Assembly: GCF_001194135.2 (NCBI RefSeq)
Contig: NC_068981.1
Location: forward strand, 4,147,507-4,188,387
Length of the DNA stretch: 40,881 nt
Source: Octopus bimaculoides
Taxonomy: Eukaryota
Direction: 5' to 3'
The first letter of the stretch is position 1; every line of letters begins with the position of its first letter. Below the pieces are notes generated by a model that searched no databases, was not told where the DNA came from, and saw only the letters and a list, made by a program, of their open reading frames with translations. Position numbers and translations under genes: made by a program. Positions 11,635 through 23,830 of the stretch are shown in pieces.

Positions 11635-11804
11635 TCAAAAAATACCTTAGAAATGAGAACCCAGGTTCAAACTTTCCCCAAGACACCTGATGAAGGCTTG
11701 GAGGGTATATCAGCTGAAATGTGTTAACAACAAACAAGATGAGGACAAATATCCGTCAAATGTAAATAATGTAAATAATTCCTCATCTCTTAAATATAGA
11801 ACTG
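11435..11804. mobile_element. Head-to-head tRNA/hammerhead element, locus C
   Basis: A short - arm is joined via GGG to a full + arm ending TATAGAACTG. Perfect 14-bp duplication TGTTTTTAACAAAT at 11421-11434 and 11803-11816. Confidence 0.9.
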
Positions 11805-12429
11805 TTTTTAACAAATGTTTTAATGATTTGCTTTTGAATGAATTTTATAATCTTGATATATTTTAAAAACCTGCAACACTTTAGCCTCCAACATGTTGCA
11901 CCAGTCGACTGGTTGTATCATGTTTCTGCTTCAATAATATGAGTTAAAAGCTAAAGATTTAAAGATACATCCCCGCCCAACGCTTCTTCTTCATTATATT
12001 CACCCTGATCACTTGTTCCCCATTTTACCCCCCACCATCTCTCTCTTCCATATGTTCTTGCAAACTCTACTCACCCACATTCCCTGCTCTTCTATCCCTA
12101 TTCCTATTCACCTTGTACTTTGAGGCTCTACCCTGACACCTCATCACTACTATTTATATCTCTTTCCAGCTCTACCCTGGTCAGTCCCGCATCATCACTC
12201 CCACCATCTCTTCTATATAAGATGACTAACCATGTAACTCCTCAACACGAAGAAGCCTGTACCCTTCTATCCCCTTCTCTCATACTTTAACTCCTGATTC
12301 CCTAACACAATTCCCACTCCCCTCTCTGCTGTAACCCCACCCAATTGAAGTGGATCTTAGTCTCACAAGCTGCATGGCTACTTTGCTAGTGCTAATACCA
12401 TGAAGGAAAGTACTGTAAAGTGGTTGACA

Positions 12430-12895
12430 TAAGGAACAACCTCGAGCAATAGGAACCATGTGAGAAAGCAGATGGTGCAGTGTGATGCAGTCCTTGGACC
12501 TATCAAATCCTGTCAAACCGTCCAACCCATGCCAGCATGGAAGACAGACGAATTTTGAAGCTGCCAACTGTCATCATCATCGTTTAACGTCCGTTTTCCA
12601 TGCTGGCATGGGTTGGACGGTTTGACTGGAGACTGGCAGCCAGTGGGATGCACCAAGCTCCAATCTGATCTGGCATGGATGCCCTTCCTAATGCCAACCA
12701 CTTTGAGAGTGTAGTGGGTGCTTTTTCTGTGCCATTGGCCCAGGAGCCAGTCAGGCAGGCCTGGCATCGATCACGTTCAGATAGTGCTTTTTACATGCCA
12801 CCAGCACGGGAGCCAGTCAGGCAGGCCAGGCATCAGCCACATTCGGATGGTGCTTTTTACATGCTGCTGGCATGGGGGCCAGTCAGGCGGTTATG
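12430..12895. mobile_element. Tail-to-tail pair of RTE-tail repeats with a perfect 31-bp inverted repeat
   Basis: 12512-12542 is the exact reverse complement of 12596-12626. The right copy has three ~66-bp subrepeats at 12718-12890. Confidence 0.8.
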
Positions 12896-13488
12896 TGTCT
12901 AAATAAAGTCATACATTTCCCTTCCTTGTTCAATCATCTCCTCCAACTTCCTTAAATCTCCTTCTCTGTTGGTTCTTTTCCCACGATTCTTCACGAAACA
13001 CTATTCTTGCAGCCATATCTGTCATTTTCACTTCTGACCTCACTCCCACTTCTCTTCTATCCACACATACCACAAATCCCCCACCAAATCCAGACACTCT
13101 CAACCACTTTTCCTTAATCCATTCGTTAATCCTTAATCCATTCGTTGTGCCTTCCTCAAATAAACAAAAGATTTTTGAGTTAACAACACAGAATAAGCCG
13201 ATGAATCTCTGTCTCCAAGTCCTCTCTTATGTCTAAAGTTATGACTTCATTTGTATGTTTGAGTACAACATGTGTGAGCAGCAGAGCAATGACAGATGCT
13301 ACATGTGTGAGTGCAATGAAACTCAACAGATTTACATCTTCAAAGATTCGACAAGTTATCAGCTTTCTCCCTCTGGAATGAATCACCATCATCCCCACCA
13401 CCACCACCACCACCATAACCTTGTCCTCCATTAATCTTTTAATTCCGATTCGTCGTATCCATTCAATTTGAGTTATTGTGTCTTTCAG

Positions 13489-13651
13489 AAACTGCATCAC
13501 TTATCAAATGATGAACAAGAAGGAATGCTTCTATTGTATGACTCCAGTAACATCGGTTCGTGATATCGAAAGTAATGATGTCGATGTAACAAGTACAGCA
13601 GCTGCCGGCAAGGCGAAACCCAGCAGCAACAACAACACGGAGAACAAGTAA
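13489..13651 (+). CDS. RNF123: RNF123 terminal coding exon (C-half of RING, stop TAA 13649-13651)
   Basis: tttcag|A AAC TGC...AAG TAA; NCITYQMMNKKECFYCMTPVTSVRDIESNDVDVTSTAAAGKAKPSSNNNTENK*; completes the C3HC4 RING. Confidence 0.95.
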
Positions 13652-16251
13652 ATTCACATCTTTAACTCACCGCACCCAAGAAATATCACCACCAATGCCA
13701 CCAACACCGCTGTCGCCATCTTTAGATAAAATTACAGAAAATTTTAGAGAAATAAAACTAAAGACATTGATTTTTCTCAATATTTTTCAATCTTTTAGCC
13801 ATTTCAGAAATGGAAAAAAAAAAACATGGTTTGTGTTTTCTTTTTAAAGAACATAAAGAACATATGAAATGAAATGAAAACATCTATTTTTAAGTGAAAT
13901 CTCAGAATAGTATTTGGTGGGGAATATCAAAGAAAAATTTTTTTTTTCATCTTCAGAAAAGAAAACAATATTTGGGGATCCTCGAACAAAAAAAAAAAAA
14001 AAAAAAAAAACCCGAGGCTCTAAAAAAGCACAAATATATTTAACAACTTCTTTTGAATAATAAAAAAAAAAAAGGAAAAAAATGTCATTTGCTTCTCCGT
14101 ATTAATAAGTATGTTCTGAATTCTATCCATGTGGAAGTATTCAACTAAGTCTACACACTGGATTATATACACTCTCTTCAGGTCCTTGTAGAACAGCAGA
14201 GTTAATTTAATAAATGGTTCATTGGTCTGTCTCTCCAACCAGCAAAAATATAGATTTTTAGTTTTTAGTGAATTTTAAATTAGAAAAATAACCGATAAGC
14301 ATTAAAATTTAAGTTTATAATTAATTGAGGTAGAAATACGTTTATGTCTTAAATGATATTTTAAAAATATATTTATGTAAATTCAAACACACAAAAATGA
14401 ATATTTATAACCATATTCTTAAATGTACAATTATTAAAATTGCATGTACAAGTATCAGCTCCTCTTTTGCTCTTAAGCACACTGGGCAGCCACAAGTTGA
14501 TGCCACTGGTTTCTGTTGGCTTCATGTTTCTCTGCATCCAGCCATGTATTATTGGCCTCCCTCATGTTGGTTAGGAATGTTCTTTGTCAAAGACCTGACT
14601 CTTTCATGCTACTTCTGTATGAAACATAAAAGAACACTGTGGAAAGCAACAGAAAGCTTGATGTGTTCCACCAAGGATGCCTGAGAAGGATTCTGAGAAC
14701 CTGCTGGCAAGACCACATAACAAGAGGGAATGTAAATGACTAAAAGATATTTGAAAATCGTTGAATATGTTTAGTGGTAAGAAACTCTCAAGAGAGCTGA
14801 AGGTCTTCAGAGAAGAAACCTCCCCTCGGGCAAGCGTTTCAGCCCTTAACTTCTTACACTGTAAGGGCAGTGGGGCCAGGTTGCACCCAGGTCACAATTC
14901 CTGGGTACCCTTCTGCTGACACCTTTTAGCCCTTTCTATATTGGAGAATTGTGCATTTAAACCACTTTGAGTTTCCATCTAGTTGGGACTCCTTTCCGTT
15001 GAATCAGTTTTCAAACTTAAGAAATAATTAGTTTACATATTTTACTCTGACATTAGCATTATATACACACTCACCTCCTTAACTAATTTATTTAATATGC
15101 AACTCCCTTGCGTAAACAGATTTCTGCTTGACTACTTTATTTGTACAAAATCCTTTCTATATTCTCCACATCCACATTCTCACCTGCTCTGTATTTCTTT
15201 GTGTATGTCTTTTATACGTTCAGACACAGATTTGGTTGCAAATAGATTTTGTTTACCATTTCAAAATATTGACTTTTATTGGCATAATAATTAAATTTTG
15301 TTTAAGGTAGCTTAATTTATAAATAAATTTCTAAAGAGACTGAAAGGACTTCTAGACGAATCCCCACCTCTTCCTGTCTTCAGAAATAATTCCATCTTTT
15401 AGATTATGTAGCCTATTCTTATGTTTATCTCTTAAATTGCCTTATAAAAGACTTCAGCTTTGTAAATCTTAGTTTCCTAGATAATATGAAAATAACATAC
15501 AAAAAAAGCAAATAAAATATCAAATTTGTCTTTTTTTTTTTTTTCAAAAACAGATTTAACTCGTGAAATATATTCGACATTTTAAATATACTTTTTTTTT
15601 TCCTCTTCATAAATTTCTCTCTCAGTTTTTTTTTTTTTAAAGACTTTGTTAGATCTTTAAAAAATAATGAAAATTAAAAAAGAAANNNNNNNNNNTTATC
15701 AAATATCGGGATCTAGAATCAATGAAAGGAAAAGTTCTTGGATTTCATTGACCTCCCCACCCTTCCCCCTTTTCTAGTCAAACTAGTCAGAAACTGTGAT
15801 GTCAGGCATTGATAAGACTCATCTTATATTTGATGCCTTTTTCTTTTTTTTCTTTTTTCAACTTTATTTCAACATTTTCTAAAAAATGAAAAACACCAAC
15901 AAAAAAAAATACCTTACGCTATTTATTCGTTTCACATTTTATCATAAAATCCACCTTTTAATATTCTTTTTCTTTTTATTTTACAAAATTTACCTCTGTC
16001 TATTTTTTTACATTTGTGATTTTTGCTACCATCCTGGGACATTCTGTTCCTTAACCCTCACATTTTTTTCCTTGAAGGACAGAAATATTTCAGCAATACT
16101 TTATGGTGTATGTCTTTTGAATTATTATTATTATTATTGTGAAAAATCTCAGCTTTATTTTGCTGGGTGTGTCGGAAGTGTCAGCTGTTGACAACCAGTA
16201 GACTCAGGTGACACTTGTTTACTCATCATCATCATCATCATCATTATTATG

Positions 16252-16282
<31 letters not shown>

Positions 16283-16743
16283 TGCTCGTAGTTGAGATGT
16301 TTCAATATTATTTATTGTTTTTGTTTTTTTTATTTTATGTCTGAAAAATGTTAAATGTAAACTTCAGTTTAAATGTAGAATATTGCTGTATTTTTTTTTT
16401 TTNNNNNNNNNNNNNNNNNNNNNNNNNNNNNNNNNNNNNNNNNNNNNNNNNNNNNNNNNNNNNNNNNNNNNNNNNNNNNNNNNNNNNNNNNNNNNNNNNN
16501 NNNNNNNNNNNNNNNNATATATATATATTTCAAAAGAATTCTAAGTTGAAAGCACCATTTCCATAAATGCTACAAATTATACTTCGTCAGGTTTAGAAAA
16601 ACCAAATTCTGAAGACTTTCTTTCAGAGATGAAATTAAATTTAATTACGTTAATTCAACTTACTTTGAAAGTCAAGAAACAAAGTTTGCCTTAGAAGCAT
16701 TGAGAGATGTATTAAAAGATACAGATAAGGAATTTGTCATTGG

Positions 16744-16815
16744 ATCGGTTTAGCTTAATGGTAAAGCACTGGATGCGTAATCACAAGGATGTGAGTTCAA
16801 GTCTCATGGCTAGCC
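16744..16815 (+). pseudogene. Degenerate tRNA-like sequence (pseudogene or orphan SINE head)
   Basis: D-stem GCTT/AAGC and T-arm GTGAG-TTCAAGT-CTCAT are intact; acceptor and anticodon stems pair poorly; anticodon position reads CGT. Confidence 0.6.
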
Positions 16816-16935
16816 GATGACAGATTTTTCTGCAAAATATGGCTAGTTTATCCTGTTCATGCTATATTATTAGCATCATCCTGTGTTTGAGAATAAAATT
16901 ATTTCCTTATCCATATCTTTAAATTTAATTAACTA

Positions 16936-17163
16936 TTAATCCTTTAGCATTCAGATTACATACCAAATGCAATGCTTATTTATTCACATTGTTTTGAATT
17001 ATCACGCATTATCTTGTAGATCTCATAGATTTTGATGATGTGGTTGTTTATTTTTTAGAAGGACATGACAAGGGAAGTGTCAGAGGCCAGTTCTGACCGG
17101 TTTAAACATAAAACAGGTCAATATTTTGGCCGGATATGGCCAGTTTAAATGTTAAAGGATTAA
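16936..17163. mobile_element. piggyBac-type MITE with TTAA ends
   Basis: TTAATCCTTTAGCATT at the left and AATGTTAAAGGATTAA at the right (1 mismatch in 16); non-coding interior; TTAA on both sides. Confidence 0.75.
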
Positions 17164-17439
17164 ATTTAAAATATTTCTATTAAGTTTGTCGTCCAGTATT
17201 TCTTCAAACTATTTGTATTTATTTCATGAGTGTATTGACAAAAAATGCTTGCAGCTAATAGAGAAATAAATATAAATTATTTAGTAGCAGTTAGTTGAAT
17301 ATAAATATGTTTTTCATTAGAGGGGGTGGATAAATACAAAGTCATCTACAAGTATTGCTGTATGTTTTGGTTTCACCATATTCCAAGCCAATCCAAATGT
17401 GGTCATCTCTGTGATTTCAGTTGTTTTAGATCACAGTTG

Positions 17440-17870
17440 TCATCATTATCATTTAACATCTGTTTTCCATGCTGGTATGGGTTGTATGATTTGACAGGAG
17501 CTGGCAAGCCAAAAGACTGCACCATGTGCCATAGTTCCTGCAACTGGGTGCCCTTCCTAATGCCAACCACTCAACAGAGTACTTTTTATGTGGCACCAGT
17601 GCTTCTTCACACAGCACTATTACCATCATTTTAATGTCCAATCTTCCATGCTTGCATGGGTCAAATAGAATTTGTTGGACCTGATTTTTCACAGTTGGAT
17701 GCACTTCCTGTCACCAACCCTCGCCTGTTTCCAAGCAAGGTAATATTTCCCTATGGTCAGACATGTTTTTCATGGAAGACTGAAAACGAATAGCACTGCT
17801 TGTATAAGGGTGAGGCTCATTTACAACCATTACATGAAACCAAGAGAAGAATTCACACAAACAAACTCAC
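17440..17870 (-). mobile_element. Two adjacent (CAT)n-tailed repeats sharing the RTE 3' terminus
   Basis: Two successive CATCATT..TTAA(C/T)..TTCCATGCT..CATGGGT termini at ~17440 and ~17625; the second matches the family at 2840-3000 and 27700-27900. Confidence 0.65.
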
Positions 17871-17879
17871 ACACTAATA

Positions 17880-18050
17880 ACAGACATCTTTCAGTTCCCA
17901 TCTATCCAAATCCACTTACAAGGCTTTGGTAGGCCTAGGGCTAAAGTGGAAGTCACTTGCTCAAAGTTCTGTATAGGAGGACTGAACCCAAGTCCTTAAC
18001 TATGGTTGGAAAACAAGCTTCTTAACTGCATGGCCATGCCTTCGCCTATC
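17880..18050 (-). mobile_element. SINE family 1, diverged 5' half (similar partial copies at ~7330-7442 -, ~9056-9182 +, ~36826-36975 +)
   Basis: CAAATCCACTTACAAGGCTTTGG...GGACTGAACCC...AAGCTTCTTAAC. Confidence 0.65.
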
Positions 18051-18994
18051 TGCAATAAAAAAAAAAAATGGAAATTAGAGAATCTTTTCATCTCAAATAG
18101 AAATGGTTGATCTCAGAAAGGAGAAGGGAACTACATTTCTTTAACAATAGTTTTTTTTTGCTTCAAAATGTTTATTTATTTTTACACTTTTATTAAGATA
18201 CTCTCCTACCCNNNNNNNNNNNNNNNNNNNNNNNNNNNNNNNNNNNNNNNNNNNNNNNNNNNNNNNNNNNNNNNNNNNNNNNNNNNNNNNNNNNNNNNNN
18301 NNNNNNNNNNNNNNNNNNNNNNNNNNNNNNNNNNNNNNNNNNNNNNNNNNNNNNNNNNNNNNNNNNNNNNNNNNNNNNNNNNNNNNNNNNNNNNNNNNNN
18401 NNNNNNNNNNNNNNNNNNNNNNNNNNNNNNNNNNNNNNNNNNNNNNNNNNNNNNNNNNNNNNNNCCTTGTACCAAAATTTGAAACCATTGATTATGGCTA
18501 CATTTTTGTCATTAACTCCTTGATTCCATTTTAAGTGAAAGAAATGGAAATATAATCTAAAAGTTTTCTCTAAAATTCAACAATGTTTCATTAATGGCAA
18601 GTAAAAAATAGGTTGAAATTTACACCATTTCCCTTTTATAGAATTAAAATATCAGAGCATCTTATATTGATTTTGTTACTCTTGACAATGGTCACTCCCA
18701 TGATGTATGAGTGTTTGAAGGAAAGGATTAAAAACCAAAGAAGCTGCATCTATTTGCGATGGATGCTTGAATGTGATTAGAGTCCAGGTTTGGATTTTGC
18801 TATGAAGGGGGACATTAATGATTTTGACTTTGCCTGGGATTGGACAGATGTGTATGTAAATTGCAGGATAGAATTCTTTTATTGTTCTGTTTCTTCAGCT
18901 CAAAATTGTTTAGATGCATCATGACACATTTTATGCCAAACAGATCGATCTAGGCAATAACTTTCCCAAGATGTTAAATTACAAATAATAACTG

Positions 18995-19435
18995 CTTCTG
19001 GTCTAGGCCCAAAACCTGCAGTTTGGGGTTAGAGGGCAAGTCAATTACATCAACCTCAGTATATAACTGGTACATTATTTTATTGAAACACCACCCCGAA
19101 AGGAAGGAAGACAAAGTCCACTTTGGCAGGATTCAAGCTGGAAAAAATGCCACTAGACATTAGACATTTTGTCTGACATGCTAATAATTCTGCTGGCTTG
19201 ACACAACAATAATAATAATGATCCTTTCTACTAAAGGCACAAGGCCTGAAATTTTGGGGGAGAAGACTAGTTGATTGCATCGACCCCAGTACTCGACTGG
19301 TACTTAATTAATTGACCCTGAAAGGATGAAAGGCAAAGTCAATCTTGGCAGAATTTGAACTCAGAATGTAAAGATAGACGAAATGCTGGTAAGCATTTTG
19401 TCCGGTGTGCTAACGATTCTACCAGCTCGCTGCCT
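18995..19435 (-). mobile_element. Two tandem copies of SINE family 2 (other partial copies ~20090-20190 +, ~21505-21650 +, ~31930-32040 -)
   Basis: Both contain the reverse complement of GACTTTG(C/T)CTT(T/C)C...CTTTC.GGGT. Confidence 0.7.
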
Positions 19436-19467
19436 TAATAATAATAATAATATCCAGCTGAATTAAT

Positions 19468-19875
19468 TACTCTTTTACTTGTTTCAGTCATTTGACTGTG
19501 TCCATGCTGGAGCACCACTTTTTTAGTCAAGCAAATCAACCCCAGGACTTATTTTTTGTATGACTAGTACTTATTCTATCAGTCTCTTTTGCTGAACCGC
19601 TAAGTTATGGGGACATAAACACACCAGCATCGGTTGTCAAGCAATGTTGGGGGGGGACAAACACAGACACACAACATATACACACACATACATATATATA
19701 TATACATATATACGACAAGCTTCTTTCAGTTTCCGTCTACCAAATCCACTCACAAGGCTTTGGTCAGCCCGAGGCTATAGTAGAAGACACTTGCCCAAGG
19801 TGCCATGCAGTGGGACTGAACCCAGAACCATGTGGTTGGTAAGCAAGCTACTTACCACACAGCCACTCCTGTGCC
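19468..19875 (-). mobile_element. SINE family 1, full-length copy
   Basis: Reverse complement of the 6843-7225 element. Confidence 0.85.
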
Positions 19876-21983
19876 TATAATGTTTATTACTTCAAACATT
19901 TATATAAAACAGCTCTAGTTATTGCTTATTTCCCTCTTTAATGATCAACCATTCAATTCTGTGTAATACATTCACATAGGAACACATTTTCTACTTTAAT
20001 TCCCCAGTTTATCCCAGTATTTACACTTGCTTTTTTATACTGGCTGAGGTAATTTTTGCCAATAAGAAACATTGATTCTGTATGCCCATTGAGGTCAACT
20101 TTACCCTTCATCCCTTTCAGGGTGGATAACACAAGGTACCAGTTGAGAATTGGGGTCAGTGTAATCTATTCCCACCTAAAATTATCGGCCTTGTGCTGAA
20201 ACCATTATTATTAGTCACTTAATTAATCAATTATCTGCTCAATTGCTTGATCAATCCTTTGCTAAACCAGCTGATTGATTGAACGATTGATCAGTCTTTT
20301 TGTTGCTATTCATGTCTTCATCAATATTATATCCTTGTTATTCCATGGCCTGGACTTGTTACTCCAGTTCTGTTTCAGATGAAACAGACCTGGAATAATA
20401 ATAATAATAAAGAGAATCAGTGTGTTAGTTATTGGCACAATGACCCTCCTGGGGCACAACAAGATCTGTTTCAACCCAGAGGTTCATGTCAAAAATCTTG
20501 AAAACCAAAAAGCAAAATCAAGCAATAGTTGTACAGTTTTATACTTTGTCTTGTTTTTTTGTTTTTTTTAAATGTGATAATTTTAATTTCTTGTCCTCGA
20601 GAACTTGATTCCAACTCAGATCATTGGTTTATTTCAAGGGTCAAGTAGGAATTACTAAATATTTTCTTTTTCTAGTCAGTAAAAAAAAATAAATAATTAG
20701 AAACAGTGGTGCCCCAGCATGGCCACAGAAACTAAAGAGAAATCTTTACTGTGAATCCCATCAGCCAACATAGAATAAGAAACCTTTATACTACATTACT
20801 ATCCCTTCCACACACACCTGATTATGGAATGGGGCTGGGTTGAGTGACAAATTTTGGACTCAGCAACTGGAAATCTTAAATCACAGCTTCATTTTCTATT
20901 CTCAGTTGAATTGATTCTACTTTCTGTGTACTAATATGCTCTTGAGAAGATAATGAACACCACAACATCTCTATTTAGTTTTATATATTTAAATATCAAT
21001 GGTTTTGTTTGTATTTGATTTAACCCTTGATACCAACTTGCCTGAGACTTCTGCCCCCAGTTCTAGGATACAAACTTCTGGCTGACCTAAACCCAAACTT
21101 TCCACCAAAATTCCATGTTAATTTATGTTCCAAACTTCAGCTTCGCAATGACAAAATTATTCTACTAAATTCCTCGTTGGTTTCAAAATTTCTCTTGAAA
21201 TACGTTACGCTTGTTTCAGTCATTTTTGAAAATACGACAGACAAATTCAGTGAAATAACTTTGTGGTTACCAAACTGCTATTTGCTACAAAAGTTACCAT
21301 GAAATTTTGATGGCAAGTCTTAAATTTAGGTTATTTTAAAACGGGAATGTTTGCATCATAGAAGCAGAGGTGGTCACAAGTGGATCGGTGTCAAAAGTTG
21401 ATTAAAATTCTTTACACTTGTCACAATGATCACCTTCTCCTTTTCCTCCTCTATATTCTGGCAAATTTATTTTTATTTTTATTTTTCAGTATTTTGTTGT
21501 TACAAGGGTTGTGAGCTGGTAGAATTGTTAGTATGCTGGGCAAAATGCTTAGCGGCATTTTATTCACCTGAGTTCAAATCCCACTGAAGTAGACTTTGCC
21601 TTTCACCCTTTGGCCACTAAAATAAATTGCCAGCCTTGTGTCAAAACTCTGAACCAATATTTTGTTGTGTTATAGTGATTAAATTTATTTATTCTTTTTA
21701 ATTACTACGATCTCGTTTATTCTGAATCAATTTCTCCTCAGTGTTATCTAATTGCTCCACTTAGAGACTCTCAGGGTTCAACTGACAAACCTTGCTTTCT
21801 GGGTTCTGGTGTTTCTCTACAAATCTTCCGCTTTTGATATCTTACAGCATGTGAAGCTCCAAAGAAGCATTAATATTGGTAGTGAAGTAGAATTGGTTAA
21901 GATTTAGGAATGAAAACCTGGTCACGGGATTGGCTTGTTGGGATTGTGTTTGTAGAATACAAGGCTTACTTTTACATTGATTT

Positions 21984-22203
21984 GCAATACACCCCTATTA
22001 AGTTTGTTATCAGACAGCAATAGACCCTTAAATGAGTTTGCTAGCAGACAGCAATACACCCCCTTTAATTCTTATGAAACAGCAATAGAGCCCTATTAAA
22101 TCTGTTACCAGACAGTAATGCCCCAGCCCCTATTAGATCTGTTAGCAGCACACCCCTATTAAATGTTATAGACTGTAATATACCCCTAATTAAATCTGTT
22201 ACC
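21984..22203. repeat. Degenerate minisatellite, ~7 x ~33 bp
   Basis: Unit ~GCAATACACCCCTATTAAATCTGTTACCAGACA. Confidence 0.85.
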
Positions 22204-23100
22204 AAAGTGGCTCAACATTTAAGGAATAAATGGAGGTTTTTTTTTGGTTTTTGTTTTGTTTTTACCAATTTAAAGAGCTCAATTTTTGTTGTTTGTTTAT
22301 CTCTTTAATATATTAATCTCTTTTTGAATTTTTTTTTTTATCTCATTGAAATTAATGTAACGAATCTATTTTAGTCTTCCCATTTTTTAAACACCTGTTT
22401 TCTTTTTTAAAAAAAAAACGGTTTTTTTTTTTAACTTCTAACAAATAATTTTTTCATGTGTGTGCGCTTATGTGTCACCCTGGTCCCTAATGAAATAAGA
22501 GACTTTGGTGACAAAGGACAATGGAGAACTAACCAACGTGCAAGTTTTTTGGTTTTTTAAAACTATTTTCTGTGTGTAGCAGTTTTCCAGCTTGATTAAT
22601 TAGTGATAAATTATTTCTTAAAAATTTGAACGAACCTAATGAGATTTTGAAGGTTATGTGTTTAAAAATTCTCTTTCTTTGTTTACCAGTTTTGTTTTCT
22701 TCTCAACATGATGAAATGTGTANNNNNNNNNNNNNNNNNNNNNNNNNNNNNNNNNNNNNNNNNNNNNNNNNNNNNNNNNNNNNNNNNNNNNNNNNNNNNN
22801 NNNNNNNNNNNNNNNNNNNNNNNNNNNNNNNNNNNNNNNNNNNNNNNNNNNNNNNNNNNNNNNNNNNNNNNNNNNNNNNNNNNNNNNNNNNNNNNNNNNN
22901 NNNNNNNNNNNNNNNNNNNNNNNNNNNNNNNNNNNNNNNNNNNNNNNNNNNNNNNNNNNNNNNNNNNNNNNNNNNNNNNNNNNNNNNNNNNNNNNNNNAA
23001 TTTTTAAGATCAAAATTTCCCAACCCAAACAATGAAATAAATAAAATATTTCTAATTAATATTTGGAGTTGTTTTATTAATCATTTGGTAACATAGGCAT

Positions 23101-23435
23101 GACTCCAGGTTCAGTCCCACTGTGTGGCACCTTGGGCAAGTATCTTCTACTATAGCCTCGGGCCGACCAATGCCTTGTGAGTGGATTTGGTAGACAAAAA
23201 CTGAAAGATGCCCATCATATATATATGTATGTGTGTATATTTGTCTGTTTGTTTCCCCATCATCGCTAGACAACCGATGTTGGTGTTTACATCCCCGTAA
23301 CTTATTCTATCAGACTCTTTTGCCAAACAGCTAAGTACCAGGCTTACAAAGAATAAGTCTAGGAGTCAATTTGTTCAACCAAAAGGCAGTGCTCTAGCAT
23401 GGCCACAATCAAAATGATTGAAACAAAAGAATAAA
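23101..23435 (+). mobile_element. SINE family 1, head partly lost
   Basis: Body and tail match family 1. Confidence 0.8.
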
Positions 23436-23559
23436 ATATAAAATGGGGGGGGGGCATCCCAGTCTATGGCCAGATCATGTTGAAAGCCCCAGTTCTTCTC
23501 GTCTAATCACCGTGAAGGCACATATCTTAGTGGTCGGAATATTCAGCTCACAATTGTAA

Positions 23560-23830
23560 GGTCATAAGTCTAAAACCCAGTGGCGCATTGTGCCCTTGAG
23601 CAAGTCATTTTATTTCACGTTGCTCCAGTCCACTCTGCTGGCAAAACGGAGTTATTCCTGTAATTCAAAAGGAACCAGCCTTGTCATATTCTGTGTCACA
23701 CTGAATCTCCCTGAGAACTACATTAAGGGTACACATGTCTGTGGAGTACTCAGCCACTTGCACAGTAATTCCACAAACAGGCCCTTCAGATCAGATCAAC
23801 TGGAACCCTCATCATAACTGACGGAGTGCC
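23560..23830 (+). mobile_element. SINE family 3 (further partial copy ~33190-33355 -)
   Basis: TTGTGCCCTTGAGCAAG...GCTCCAGTCCACTC...CTGTGTCACACTGAATCTCCCTGAG...TCAACTGGAACCCTCATC. Confidence 0.7.
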
